A stretch of 64,000 nucleotides of DNA from Deltaproteobacteria bacterium (GCA_016218975.1 JACRCO010000037.1:203757-267756), one strand, 5' to 3'; counted from the first letter of the stretch, positions 18,193-27,374 are shown. The notes: generated from the letters alone by a model not told the origin. Program-made: numbers and translations.

Positions 18193-18984
18193 TTAACGCT
18201 CCTCCAGCTTCCGCAGAAAATCGTCTTCCTCGCCGATGTAGGCGCGGATGACGGTGGGATCGTTCGCCACTTCGGCGGGCTCCCCTTCGGCGATCTTCAC
18301 GCCGAAATCGAGGACGCTCACCCGGTGGCTTATGTCCATCACCACGCCGAGGTCGTGCTCGATCAGGAGTATCGTCACCCCCCACTCCTCGTTGATGTCG
18401 AGGATGAAGCGGGCCATGTCCTCTTTTTCCTCAAGGTTCATCCCCGCCATAGGTTCGTCGAGCAGCAGGAGCTTCGGTTTCAGGGAGAGCGCCCGCGCCA
18501 GCTCCACGCGCTTGCGCAGCCCGTAGGCGAGCGTTCCGACCGGCTTCTTGCGGATGTTCTCGATTTCCAGGAAGTCGATTATGTCCTCGACCGCCTTCCG
18601 GTTCTCTATTTCTTCCGTCCGGGCGGGACCGAGGTAAATGCCGCCGGTGAAGAAGCCGCGCTTCAGGTAGAGGTGGCGGCCCAGCATCAGGTTGTCGAGT
18701 ACCGTCATGTGATGGAAGAGTGCGATGTTCTGGAACGTGCGCGCGATCCCAAGGTGGGCGACCCGGTCCGGCTTCATTCCGGTGATCCGGCTCCCTTCGA
18801 ATATGACGCCCCCCTGTTGCGGCTTGTAGACGCAGGAGATGCAGTTGAACACCGACGTCTTGCCGGCGCCGTTCGGGCCTATGATGGCGTGTATTTTACC
18901 CTTTGCGACTTCGATCGACACTCCGTTGATGGCCTTCACGCCCCCGAACGAAAGATGGACGTCGTCGATTTTCAGTAGCGGCAT
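18193..18984 (-). CDS. livG: ABC transporter ATP-binding protein (LivG-like)
   Basis: GPNGAGKTS, ARTFQN, LLDEPMAG, IEHD, AYIG. Confidence 0.9.
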   Translation of the reverse strand: MPLLKIDDVHLSFGGVKAINGVSIEVAKGKIHAIIGPNGAGKTSVFNCISCVYKPQQGGVIFEGSRITGMKPDRVAHLGIARTFQNIALFHHMTVLDNLMLGRHLYLKRGFFTGGIYLGPARTEEIENRKAVEDIIDFLEIENIRKKPVGTLAYGLRKRVELARALSLKPKLLLLDEPMAGMNLEEKEDMARFILDINEEWGVTILLIEHDLGVVMDISHRVSVLDFGVKIAEGEPAEVANDPTVIRAYIGEEDDFLRKLEER

Positions 18985-19019
18985 TAATAGATTCCCCCGA
19001 GGTGATCGGAAAATGTAAC

Positions 19020-19035
19020 AGCAATCCACATGCCA
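19020..19035 (-). promoter_or_regulatory. Sigma54 promoter of the liv/acyl-CoA ligase operon
   Basis: TGGCATGTGGATTGCT, near-perfect -24/-12 consensus, about 36 nt upstream of the livG ATG. Confidence 0.8.
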
Positions 19036-19153
19036 CCGGCCAACCGGTGTTTGAAATATTTTCTTATGGATAAATGTCCTGAAAGGTCAGGCGGATATGG
19101 CCGGAAAGCTTATGAATAACTTTTAGAATGAATTTCTGTTTTTCGGAATCGGA

Positions 19154-19200
19154 TGGCAACGATACCAAGAAAGCGTCGTAAACTCTTGGTAAAAATGCCA
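19154..19200. promoter_or_regulatory. Tandem dyad enhancer candidates TGGYA-N4-TRCCA
   Basis: TGGCAACGATACCA (19154-19167) and TGGTAAAAATGCCA (19187-19200), centres 33 bp apart, 120-165 bp upstream of the -24 element. Confidence 0.6.
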
Positions 19201-19288
19201 ATGCGGCGCACGCCCGGTTACACGTAAAGGGCATACCCTATGGCAGGTCATATCTTATGACAGGAAGGACAACCGCCCCGGTACGTGT

Positions 19289-20389
19289 TCATTTCTTGCG
19301 GCGAATTCTCCCGGACCACGCCAGCGCTGCCAATCCGCTTCCGAACAATGTCATGGTTCCCGGCAGAGGCACCGGGGCGGCGTTCGGCGTGAGGAGGAAG
19401 GATCTCGTGGTGCCGTCCGTAGCCTTACCATACCCTACGATCTGCCCGGCGTCGTTGATGTCCGTCGCATAAGTGGCGCCCCATCCGAAGATCTCGGAAA
19501 CGATCATGTTCAGGTCGGTCATTGCCCCGTCGCTGTAGAGGAAGGCGTGATTGCCGTTCCCGGCCGTGCCGGACCACCCGACCACTTGCCCGGCATTGTT
19601 GATGCCGGAGGCAGTCGAAAATCCGCCCAGGGTGCCCAGGTCGATCATCTTGCCGCCGCTGTACAGGAAGGCACGTTGGGCGTTCCCGGCTATGCTGGAC
19701 CACCCTACCACCTGCCCGGAGTTGTTGATCCTCAGGGCTTCACTGCTGCTCCCGCCCAGCGTGCCAATGTCGGTCATCGACACGCCGTTATAGAGGAAGG
19801 CGTGGTAGGCGTATCCGGCAGTAAAGGATCCCCCGACCACCTTCCCGGAGTCGTTGATGCCGGAGGCGCTGCTGTCGGTTCCCCCCACAGTGCCCAGGTC
19901 GGTCATCGTCCCGCCGCTGTACAGGAAGGCGTGCGAGAAGTTTCCGGCTGTGGTGGCCTCTCCGACCACCTTCCCGGAGTCGTTGATGCCGGAGGCACTG
20001 CTGCTTCCGCCCAGCGTGCCCAGGTCGGTCACCGTTCCGCCGCTGTACAGGAAAGCGTGGTTGTTGAATCCGTTTGTGCTGAAACCACCTACCACCTGCC
20101 CGGAATTGTTGATGCCTAAGGCATAGCTCGAGACCCCTCCCAGCGTGCCCAGGTCGGTCATCGTCCCGCCGCTGTACAGGAAGGCGTGCGAGACGTTTCC
20201 GGCTGTGGTGGCCCCTCCGACCACCTGCCCGGAATTGTTGATGTCCTTGGCCTGGGTTAAACTTCCCCCAAGGGTTCCCAGGTCGGTGAAAGTGTAACTG
20301 GGTGATGCAATGGCGGTTCCCGCCGCCGGCAGTATGCACAGTATCGCCCACGCCGCGATTCCTCGCGCTCTTCGATTCCTGAAAATCAC
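19289..20389 (-). CDS. Extracellular HAF-repeat protein with PEP-CTERM-type (VPLP) sorting signal
   Basis: Signal peptide, 7 repeats of TDLGTLGG..A..IN.SG.VVG...HAFLY, C-terminus APVPLPGTMTLFGSGLAALAWSGRIRRKK. GTG after AGAGGGGG. Confidence 0.9.
   Translation of the reverse strand: MIFRNRRARGIAAWAILCILPAAGTAIASPSYTFTDLGTLGGSLTQAKDINNSGQVVGGATTAGNVSHAFLYSGGTMTDLGTLGGVSSYALGINNSGQVVGGFSTNGFNNHAFLYSGGTVTDLGTLGGSSSASGINDSGKVVGEATTAGNFSHAFLYSGGTMTDLGTVGGTDSSASGINDSGKVVGGSFTAGYAYHAFLYNGVSMTDIGTLGGSSSEALRINNSGQVVGWSSIAGNAQRAFLYSGGKMIDLGTLGGFSTASGINNAGQVVGWSGTAGNGNHAFLYSDGAMTDLNMIVSEIFGWGATYATDINDAGQIVGYGKATDGTTRSFLLTPNAAPVPLPGTMTLFGSGLAALAWSGRIRRKK
19890..20226. repeat. Near-identical intragenic direct repeats (HAF units, 126-129 bp period)
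   Basis: 19890-19971 and 20145-20226 match at 80/82 nt. Confidence 0.88.
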
Positions 20390-20485
20390 GGATTGTTCCC
20401 CCCTCTTATTATCGAAGGCTTCCGGCAAGACGACGTCAGTCCGGTATCTGATCCAGATCGCAAACCTTCTTGGCCAATTATTCAC

Positions 20486-20501
20486 CGCAATAATTATGCC
20501 T
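20486..20501 (-). promoter_or_regulatory. Sigma54 promoter candidate for the HAF/PEP-CTERM gene
   Basis: AGGCATAATTATTGCG = GG-N10-GC with TTGC at -12. Confidence 0.65.
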
Positions 20502-20701
20502 GCGGTTCCAATAATCCGCACTTTGCGTAAACTTATTTTTCGTTAATTTTTACTGCAGGATATTCGACAATAAAACTTCGCTACATAAACAGTCTTAAAG
20601 ATTGGACTCCGTTTTAGTAACAAACCGGGTAACTGTACGCAAATTTTTTCACCATCATGCCCGCCCGTACGTCCAGATAATTGCAACCGGGAGGCCGGAG
20701 A

Positions 20702-22090
20702 CTATCCCCCGCGATAGTCGTCGAGCATGATGCCGTAACGTTTCATTTTCTCGGAGAAGTTCTTGTTGTCCATGCCCGCGGCCCTTGCGGCCTCCGTCAG
20801 CTTCCCGCCCGAGCGGCGCAGCAGGTCCTCGATGTACCGTTTCTCGAAGAACGAGACGACGCGCTCCTTCGCCTCGCGGAACGGCATGTCGGAAGAATAC
20901 GGGAACCCTTCGCCTGTCCCGGACGGGAACAACAGGTCGGGCGGGATGCGGAGCTCCTCCCCCTTCTCGCGGATCACGGCGCGCTCGATGATGTTTTCCA
21001 GTTCGCGGACGTTCCCCGGCCAGTCGTACGACTGGATGGCGACGACGCTTTCCGCAGACAGCCGCCTGATCTTCTTTCCGCATTTCCGTGCGAACCTCAA
21101 AAGGAAGATCTCTCCCAGCACGGGGATGTCCTCCTTGCGTTCCCTAAGCGGAGGAACGCGGAGCGGGAAGACGTTCAGCCGGAAGAAAAGGTCCTTGCGG
21201 AACCTGCCGGCGGCCACTTCTTCCTCGAGCGTTTTGTTCGTCGCGGCGATGATGCGCACGTCCACGTCGATCTGCCGGCTCCCGCCGATCCGGATGAATT
21301 TCCGCTCCTGTATCGCCGAGAGCAGCTTCGTCTGCAGGGAAAGGGGGACTTCCCCGATCTCGTCGAGGAACAGGGTTCCGCCGTCCGCCAGGTGAAAGTG
21401 GCCCTTTCGCTCGCTTGTGGCCCCGGTGAAGGAGCCCTTCGCGAAGCCGAACAGTTCCGATTCGAAGAGCGTCTCGGGAATCGCCGCGCAGTTGATCTCG
21501 ATCAGAGGCCCGTTCTTCCTCGGACCGCTGTAGTGGATGCCGCGGGCGATCAGCTGTTTCCCCGTGCCGGTCTCCCCCGAAAGCAATACCGTGGTGTCGA
21601 GAGGCAAAACGTTATCGACGTCCTCCTGGAGGCGGCGCATCGCGGTACTCTCGCAGACCACCGTCTTCCGGAATTCGAACGCCTCCTGGTTGCGCGTGGC
21701 CCGGTACTTGTCCGCGACCCGCAGGTCGTGGATCTCGAGGATGCGCCGGACCATGAGCAGCATCTCGTCGGGCTCGAAGGGCTTCAGGATATAGTCTCCC
21801 GCCCCCGCCTTCATCGCGTCGACGGCCGTCTTGATGCTCCCGTATGCCGTCATGAGAATCACCGGGAGTTCGGGAAACTCCTCGTGGAGGGAGGCGGTGA
21901 AGGCGATGCCGTCCGTGCCGGGCATCCGGACGTCGCTCACGACAAGGTCGAACTCGTCGTTCCGCAGTTTCTCCCACGCCGCGGGTACCGAGGAGGCCGT
22001 GTCGACCAGGAAGCCCGCCGAGAGGATCGTCTTGGCGAGCGGACGGAGGAATATCTCCTCGTCGTCGACCAGCAGGATCTTCCGCTTCAT
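20702..22090 (-). CDS. Sigma54-dependent response regulator (CbrB/NtrC-like)
   Basis: REC SDVRMP, GETGTGKQ, GSFTGA, FLDEIGE, WPGNVRELEN, HTH. ATGA overlap with the kinase. Confidence 0.94.
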   Translation of the reverse strand: MKRKILLVDDEEIFLRPLAKTILSAGFLVDTASSVPAAWEKLRNDEFDLVVSDVRMPGTDGIAFTASLHEEFPELPVILMTAYGSIKTAVDAMKAGAGDYILKPFEPDEMLLMVRRILEIHDLRVADKYRATRNQEAFEFRKTVVCESTAMRRLQEDVDNVLPLDTTVLLSGETGTGKQLIARGIHYSGPRKNGPLIEINCAAIPETLFESELFGFAKGSFTGATSERKGHFHLADGGTLFLDEIGEVPLSLQTKLLSAIQERKFIRIGGSRQIDVDVRIIAATNKTLEEEVAAGRFRKDLFFRLNVFPLRVPPLRERKEDIPVLGEIFLLRFARKCGKKIRRLSAESVVAIQSYDWPGNVRELENIIERAVIREKGEELRIPPDLLFPSGTGEGFPYSSDMPFREAKERVVSFFEKRYIEDLLRRSGGKLTEAARAAGMDNKNFSEKMKRYGIMLDDYRGG

Positions 22091-25000
22091 GGGTTTCCTC
22101 CTCCCGCCCCGAATGGGAAACGCGGCAGAGTTACGGACACCTGCGTCCCTTTTCCTTCCCGGGATGCGACCCGCACTTCCCCGCCGTGAAGCTCGACAAG
22201 ACGCTTGACGATGGGCATTCCCAGCCCCACCCCCTGCGCCTTCGTCGTGTAGAACGGCTGGAACACCTTCGCTACCTCCTCCGCGGTCATGCCCTGGCCG
22301 TTATCTTCGACCGAAAGCCGCACGAAACCGTCCTGCCCCGCAACGCTTACGTTCACCCTTCCGCTTCCCGGAGGGGCCGCCTCGACGGCATTCTTCACGA
22401 TGTTGGTGATAACCTGCTTGATCCGAACCCCGTCCACCGCAGCCGTCAGCGGTCCTCCCGAACCGGTCACTTCCACTACCACGCCTCTCTCCCCCCAGTC
22501 TTCCTCCAGCCCGAAAACCGCCGACTTCGCTATCCCGTGCAGGTCGTACTCGTCCACCTGGAGGACGATCTCCCGCGTGTAGTCGAGCAGCTCGTTGACG
22601 ATCACTTCCATCGATCCTACCGCGTCACGGATGTGTTCCACCACGTCCGCTTCCTCCGCACCGCGGATTTCGTCCCGAAGCAGCCGCAGGCTCATCTTGA
22701 TGGAGCCCAGCGGATTCCGGATCTCGTGCGCGACCCCTGCGGCCATCTGGCCCAGCGAGGCGAGCTTCTCGCTCTGCAGCATTTTGTTCTGCATCGCCTT
22801 GATCTCGGTGAGGTCCTTGAAAGACGAGACGAAGCCCATCGGCTTGCCCCGGTCGTCGATGATCTTCGCGGTGGAAAGAAGCGCGTCCGCGGTGGTCCCG
22901 TCCTTCCGGACGATCTCGACCTCGCCCCGCCAGAAACCGGTCCTGTAGGTGGAGCGGGCGATGATCCGGCGCTTCTCGCGGTACTCCGTGTCGCAGATCA
23001 GGATGTTGAAGTCGAATCCGATCATTTCCGACTCCGCGCGCTGGAAGAGACGGCAGGCGCCCTCGTTGACGTTGATGATCCTTCCGTCGAAGTCGAGCGA
23101 GACGATGCCGTCGTCTATGCTCCTCACGACGCTGGCAAGAAACCTCTCCTTCGCCCTGATCTCCCCTTCCTTGTGCGAAATCTCCTCACGCGTGCTTGCG
23201 AGGTCCTTCTCCATCTCCCTGTACGATTCGACCAGCGTGCGCGCTTCGGCCAGCGAAAGCGGGAGCATGTCGCGCAGGACGTTCCTGGCGGCGATGACGC
23301 CGATCGATCCGGTCAGGATCCGCTCCAGCCGCTGCGGCAGGTCCATCTGCCGTATCACGGCTTCGCGCGTCTCCCCGCGGTTTTTCACTTCCCGGATCTC
23401 CCTGACCACCTCCCCGATCTCCCCGTCCTTTTCGTGGCCCGCGTACCGCGTCACCACTTCCTCGACATCTTCCAATGAAAGGTAATGCGCACCCCCGGCG
23501 GAGGCGATTACAGGCACCGCCGCGGGGAACCGTCGCCCTGTCGCCGCCGGGTCGAACCGCTCGAACCGGCGGTCCTCCTCCCGGCCAGGTGCGGCCAGGT
23601 AGGATCCGGCGACGAAACCGAGGCAATTGAGAAACAGGCTCCAGAAGACGGCGTTTCCCACAGGGTCCGCGATGCCCAGCCCCAGAAGCCGTGTCGGCGC
23701 GAGGACCGCTATCCCGAAGGGCCCGTCGGCGAGTATCCCGCCCCCCACGAAGCCGGCCTTCACCATTGCGGGGAGGACAAGGGTGTAGAACCAGGCGGCG
23801 AAACCCAGGCAGATGCCCAGCAGAGCCCCCCTCGTGCTCGCGCGTTTCCAGTAGAGCCCGCCGAAGACCGCGGGGCCGAACTGTGCGACGGCGACGAAGG
23901 AGATGACGCCGATTTCCATCAGGACCATGTTGCGCGACATGAGCATCGCATAGAGGTACCCGAGCATGAGGACGATCAGCATCGAGCCGCGGGCGGCAGC
24001 CAGCAGGTAGGTATAGGCGTGGAACCCTTTCCGAAGCCGCAGGATCGCCGGGATCACGAGGTTGTTCGCGACCATCTTTCCCAGAGCGACGGATGAAACC
24101 ATCACCATGGCGGTGGCGGCCGAGAACCCCCCGAGGAATACGGCGAGGCTCAAGGACCTGTTCCCCGCCAGCATGGGAATGGAGAGGATGTACTTGTCGC
24201 CCGCGGAGGCCGGCAACCCGAGGAGGATGCCGCCGAACGCGATCGGGATCACGAACATGTTGATCGCGAGCAGGTAGAGCGGGAACATCCACATGGCGGT
24301 CTTTATGTGCTTCTCGTCGTTGTTCTGCACGACGAGGATGTGGAACTGGCGGGGAAGCAGCAGCACGTCGATCGAGGCTATCGCCATGTACGCCAGCCAG
24401 CGTGAATAGCCCCCTCCCGGGACGTCCCTGACCGTCGCAAGGCGGCTCCATTCGGGGTGCGACAGGATCCTTCCGTATATATCTCCCATCCCGTCGAAGA
24501 CGCCGTAGCAGACGAAAAGCCCCGCCGCCACGAAGATCACGATCTTGACGACGGACTCCAGCGCGACCGCCGTCAGCAGGCCTCCCTGGGGCTTCGTGAA
24601 GTCGAGGTAGCGGCCTCCGAAGAAAAGAGCGAACGCCCCGAGGAACAGGAACACCAGGAGCATCGGCTCCGCGTATCCTGACCTTCCCCCTGCGGACCCG
24701 GCGATCAGGTCGAACGAGATGGAGACCGCGCGCAGCTGCAGCGATATGTAGGGGACGCTGCCGACTACGAGGAGCAACGTCGCGAGCGGACCGATCCAGG
24801 CATGCCCGCCGTACCGCACGCTCAGGAAATCCGGCACCGACGTGATGTTGTGCGCCCGGCAGACACGCACCATCTTCCTTAGGAAAAACCACCAGCAAAG
24901 GGCGAAGACCGATGGGCCGATGAACAACCCGAGGAATGATCCCCCGTACTCCGCCGCGTTCCCGATGCAGCCGTAGAACGTCCAGGATGTGCAGTACACG

Positions 25001-25152
25001 CAGGCGGCGAAGACGTAGATGTACCGGTCAAGCCCGCGCTCCCGGATAGCCGGAAACCAGCGCTCGCCAAGGTAGCCGACGCCGAAAAGGAGCAGCAGGT
25101 ACGCCGATATGAGCGCAAGCACCGCCGTGCCGGAAAACAGGGGGGGAGGCAC
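22087..25152 (-). CDS. SLC5 (Na+/solute symporter)-STAC-PAS-histidine kinase (CbrA/CrbS family)
   Basis: VYCTSWTFYG, VPYISLQLRAV, LLPRQFH, GGFSAATAMV; STAC-like ERILTGSIGVIAAR; PAS; H-box AHEIRNPL; G2 GVGLGM. Confidence 0.92.
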   Translation of the reverse strand: MPPPLFSGTAVLALISAYLLLLFGVGYLGERWFPAIRERGLDRYIYVFAACVYCTSWTFYGCIGNAAEYGGSFLGLFIGPSVFALCWWFFLRKMVRVCRAHNITSVPDFLSVRYGGHAWIGPLATLLLVVGSVPYISLQLRAVSISFDLIAGSAGGRSGYAEPMLLVFLFLGAFALFFGGRYLDFTKPQGGLLTAVALESVVKIVIFVAAGLFVCYGVFDGMGDIYGRILSHPEWSRLATVRDVPGGGYSRWLAYMAIASIDVLLLPRQFHILVVQNNDEKHIKTAMWMFPLYLLAINMFVIPIAFGGILLGLPASAGDKYILSIPMLAGNRSLSLAVFLGGFSAATAMVMVSSVALGKMVANNLVIPAILRLRKGFHAYTYLLAAARGSMLIVLMLGYLYAMLMSRNMVLMEIGVISFVAVAQFGPAVFGGLYWKRASTRGALLGICLGFAAWFYTLVLPAMVKAGFVGGGILADGPFGIAVLAPTRLLGLGIADPVGNAVFWSLFLNCLGFVAGSYLAAPGREEDRRFERFDPAATGRRFPAAVPVIASAGGAHYLSLEDVEEVVTRYAGHEKDGEIGEVVREIREVKNRGETREAVIRQMDLPQRLERILTGSIGVIAARNVLRDMLPLSLAEARTLVESYREMEKDLASTREEISHKEGEIRAKERFLASVVRSIDDGIVSLDFDGRIINVNEGACRLFQRAESEMIGFDFNILICDTEYREKRRIIARSTYRTGFWRGEVEIVRKDGTTADALLSTAKIIDDRGKPMGFVSSFKDLTEIKAMQNKMLQSEKLASLGQMAAGVAHEIRNPLGSIKMSLRLLRDEIRGAEEADVVEHIRDAVGSMEVIVNELLDYTREIVLQVDEYDLHGIAKSAVFGLEEDWGERGVVVEVTGSGGPLTAAVDGVRIKQVITNIVKNAVEAAPPGSGRVNVSVAGQDGFVRLSVEDNGQGMTAEEVAKVFQPFYTTKAQGVGLGMPIVKRLVELHGGEVRVASREGKGTQVSVTLPRFPFGAGGGNP

Positions 25153-25153
25153 G

Positions 25154-25342
25154 TCAGTCCTCCAGCTTCCGGCTTGCGACCGCCAGGAAAACGACGAGAA
25201 CCGCCCATCCGAGGAACAGGTAAATGAAGATGGATGGGATCCCGAGGATGGACATGGCTCGGTCCGCCGCGCCTATAAACGGCCAGCAGAACACGCACAG
25301 GAAAATGAAGCAAAGCGCCTTGGCGAAACCTTCGCCGCCCAT
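25154..25342 (-). CDS. Small two-TM membrane peptide coupled to the SLC5 kinase (CbrX-like position)
   Basis: 62 aa with two hydrophobic helices (FCWPF; GIPSIFIYLFLGWAVLVV). Stop is 1 nt before the kinase GTG. Confidence 0.75.
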   Translation of the reverse strand: MGGEGFAKALCFIFLCVFCWPFIGAADRAMSILGIPSIFIYLFLGWAVLVVFLAVASRKLED

Positions 25343-25491
25343 CCGCCGTCCCTTCGTCCGCCGTCCCTTCGTTGATTTCCCCGGATGCCCTATTGTACTA
25401 TCAGAATCGTCATGGATGCGTTCGTACTGATCCCACTTGCCCTCCTTCTGGCTGGCTCCATAGCCGTCATCCTTACGGTGTACATGTACAA

Positions 25492-25995
25492 GTGAGCCGG
25501 TTCCCGATCGTACTGGCCGCGTTTCTGCTTCTGTCTCCTTCCGCGGCCGGAGCCGACATATACCGTTGGGTCGACGAAAGCGGCACAGCCCATTTCACCG
25601 ACGATGTTTCGAACATTCCCGCTCCCTACCGCGGGAAGGCGAAGACCATCATCAAGGAAGCCCCGCCGGAAACCTCTCCGGCTCCTCGTCCCGAGCCGGC
25701 ATTCCAGCCTCCTGCGCCGCACAACACGCCCGCGTCGCAAGAAGATGCCGAACTTGAAGCGGCCCGGGAGCGTGATGCGCTCGCGTCGGAAGTGGAGCAG
25801 ATGAAGGCGAAAATCAACGCGAAGGAAACGCTTGTCAAGACTGTGGACGACCGGCGGAACCTGGCGCTTAATCCCTTACGCGCACGCGTCGTTGATCCGG
25901 CGGACCTCGACCTGTACGAAAAATACAAGGCGGAGCTGCCACAGGACCGTGAAAGGCTGCAGGAACTCGAGAATCGCCTCCAGTCGTTCAGATAA
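25492..25995 (+). CDS. DUF4124-domain exported protein
   Basis: Signal peptide then ADIYRWVDESGTAHFTD, Pro-rich linker, coiled coil. Start uncertain. Confidence 0.8.
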   Translation: MSRFPIVLAAFLLLSPSAAGADIYRWVDESGTAHFTDDVSNIPAPYRGKAKTIIKEAPPETSPAPRPEPAFQPPAPHNTPASQEDAELEAARERDALASEVEQMKAKINAKETLVKTVDDRRNLALNPLRARVVDPADLDLYEKYKAELPQDRERLQELENRLQSFR

Positions 25996-26893
25996 CCCCG
26001 AATTCCTCCGGGAGCGGCGCGGACACGGAAACCGGCTCCTTGCGCGAAGGGTGTGTAAACCGCACTTCCCCGGCATGCAGCATCAGGCGGAGCTTTCCGG
26101 GTCCCTCGGCGGGAACCGTGCCGTACCGGCGGTCGCCCACGATAGGGTACCCCGCGGCCGCAAGGTGCGCCCGGATCTGGTGCCGTTTACCCTTCGATAT
26201 CACGGCGCGGACGAGAGTGCGGTCCGCCGAGATACGAATCGGCCGCACATAGGTCCAGTATAACGGGTCCTCCTCGAACCGGTCCGTCCGTACCCTCACC
26301 TTATCCCCTCCCGACGGGTCGAGAAGGAAGGAAAGCGACATCTCCTTATCCATGCGGCCGCTGACGAGACATATATACGTTTTGACGATCCGCCCTTTTT
26401 CGCGCTCGCGCCGCAGGAATTCGAATGCCTCGCCGGATAGCGCGGCCGGCACCGCTCCGCTCGTCGCGTAATCGAGCCGCGTAAGGAGGGTAAGCCCCGG
26501 TTCCCTCGATATCTCCATGACTTCCGGATGTTTCCAGCGCAGGTATCCCGCGAGCGTCCCTCCTTCCAGCGGCCTCTGAGGCTCCGTGTGGACGTTTGCC
26601 GGCTTCAGCAGAACGGCCGCCCCGCCGTCCTCGTGAAGGATGGCGGCGCCGGGCAGGTCCCCCGCCACAGGCAGCCAGTCGTCCCGATCCGCGATGCGCC
26701 GGACGGACACTACCTCCCCCGCCCTCAGTATCCGGCCCTTCGCCTCGGCCTTTCCGCCTACCGCAACATCCCCGCCTTCGATGGCGAAGCGGATGCTTTT
26801 CGCCGGCAGATCCGGGAACACACGGCGGAGGAGCCGGTCCAGCCTGGATCCGTCCATCTCGTCCGGAACCTTCCGTATCAGTCTTTCACGCAC
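25988..26893 (-). CDS. RluA/RluD family pseudouridine synthase with S4-like N-terminus
   Basis: RLDRLL, LKPANVH, TRLDYATSG, GKRHQIRAHLA, PIVGDRRYG, LMLHA. Confidence 0.9.
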   Translation of the reverse strand: MRERLIRKVPDEMDGSRLDRLLRRVFPDLPAKSIRFAIEGGDVAVGGKAEAKGRILRAGEVVSVRRIADRDDWLPVAGDLPGAAILHEDGGAAVLLKPANVHTEPQRPLEGGTLAGYLRWKHPEVMEISREPGLTLLTRLDYATSGAVPAALSGEAFEFLRREREKGRIVKTYICLVSGRMDKEMSLSFLLDPSGGDKVRVRTDRFEEDPLYWTYVRPIRISADRTLVRAVISKGKRHQIRAHLAAAGYPIVGDRRYGTVPAEGPGKLRLMLHAGEVRFTHPSRKEPVSVSAPLPEEFGVI

Positions 26894-26975
26894 CTTGAAA
26901 CCCCTGCCGTTTCCGGAGGATATGCGGCACATTGTACCGCCGCAAGGCACTGCCCGGCGATGGCCATGTTTCCCA

Positions 26976-27003
26976 TTGACACCCTCCGGACGTTTTGTAT
27001 ACT
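26976..27003 (+). promoter_or_regulatory. Near-consensus sigma70 promoter of the USP remnant
   Basis: TTGACA-N16-TATACT; AAGGAGG SD downstream. Confidence 0.6.
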
Positions 27004-27072
27004 GTATACAGTCGACCATCCTTCAACCCGAATTCGCAACCGGCGTACGTAACCGCAGAAGGAGGAAGGGAT

Positions 27073-27298
27073 ATGTACACGAAGATCCTCGTCCCGCCTG
27101 GGGTATGCCCATGATATGGACGTGGACATTCTGGTCATGAGCACGCACGGCCGCACGGGCTTTTCCAAGGTACTCATGGGAAGCGTCGCGGAACAGGTGA
27201 TGCTGACGACAAAACGGCCCGTCATGCTGGTGAAGCCCGAAAAGTTCCCCGTGGCGCACCACGTCGATGAAGGGGAGGTTTTTACAAGCGCGCACTGA
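27073..27298 (+). pseudogene. Universal stress protein with internal deletion and frameshift
   Basis: MYTKILVP (USP N-terminus) joins out of frame to LGYAHDMDVDILVMSTHGRTGFSKVLMGSVAEQV (USP C-terminus). Confidence 0.85.
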
Positions 27299-27374
27299 CG
27301 CCGCAACAGGCGGGGGTCCCCCCCTCCTCCGGCCCTGCCGGAGAGCCACCCCCACAATCAACCGCGCGCTTTAG

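Noticed and set aside
16622-18385. 587-aa alternative-frame ORF, and 23186-24898, on the same strand as real genes
   Set aside because: Arg/Gly/Pro-rich frame-shifted shadows with no domain signal.
19500-20290. HAF repeats as a CRISPR array or DGR template/variable repeats
   Set aside because: They are in-frame protein repeats, and there is no reverse transcriptase or non-coding template copy.
25988-26893. RluA motif TRLD instead of HRLD as a sign of inactivation
   Set aside because: The catalytic Asp and the other motifs are intact.
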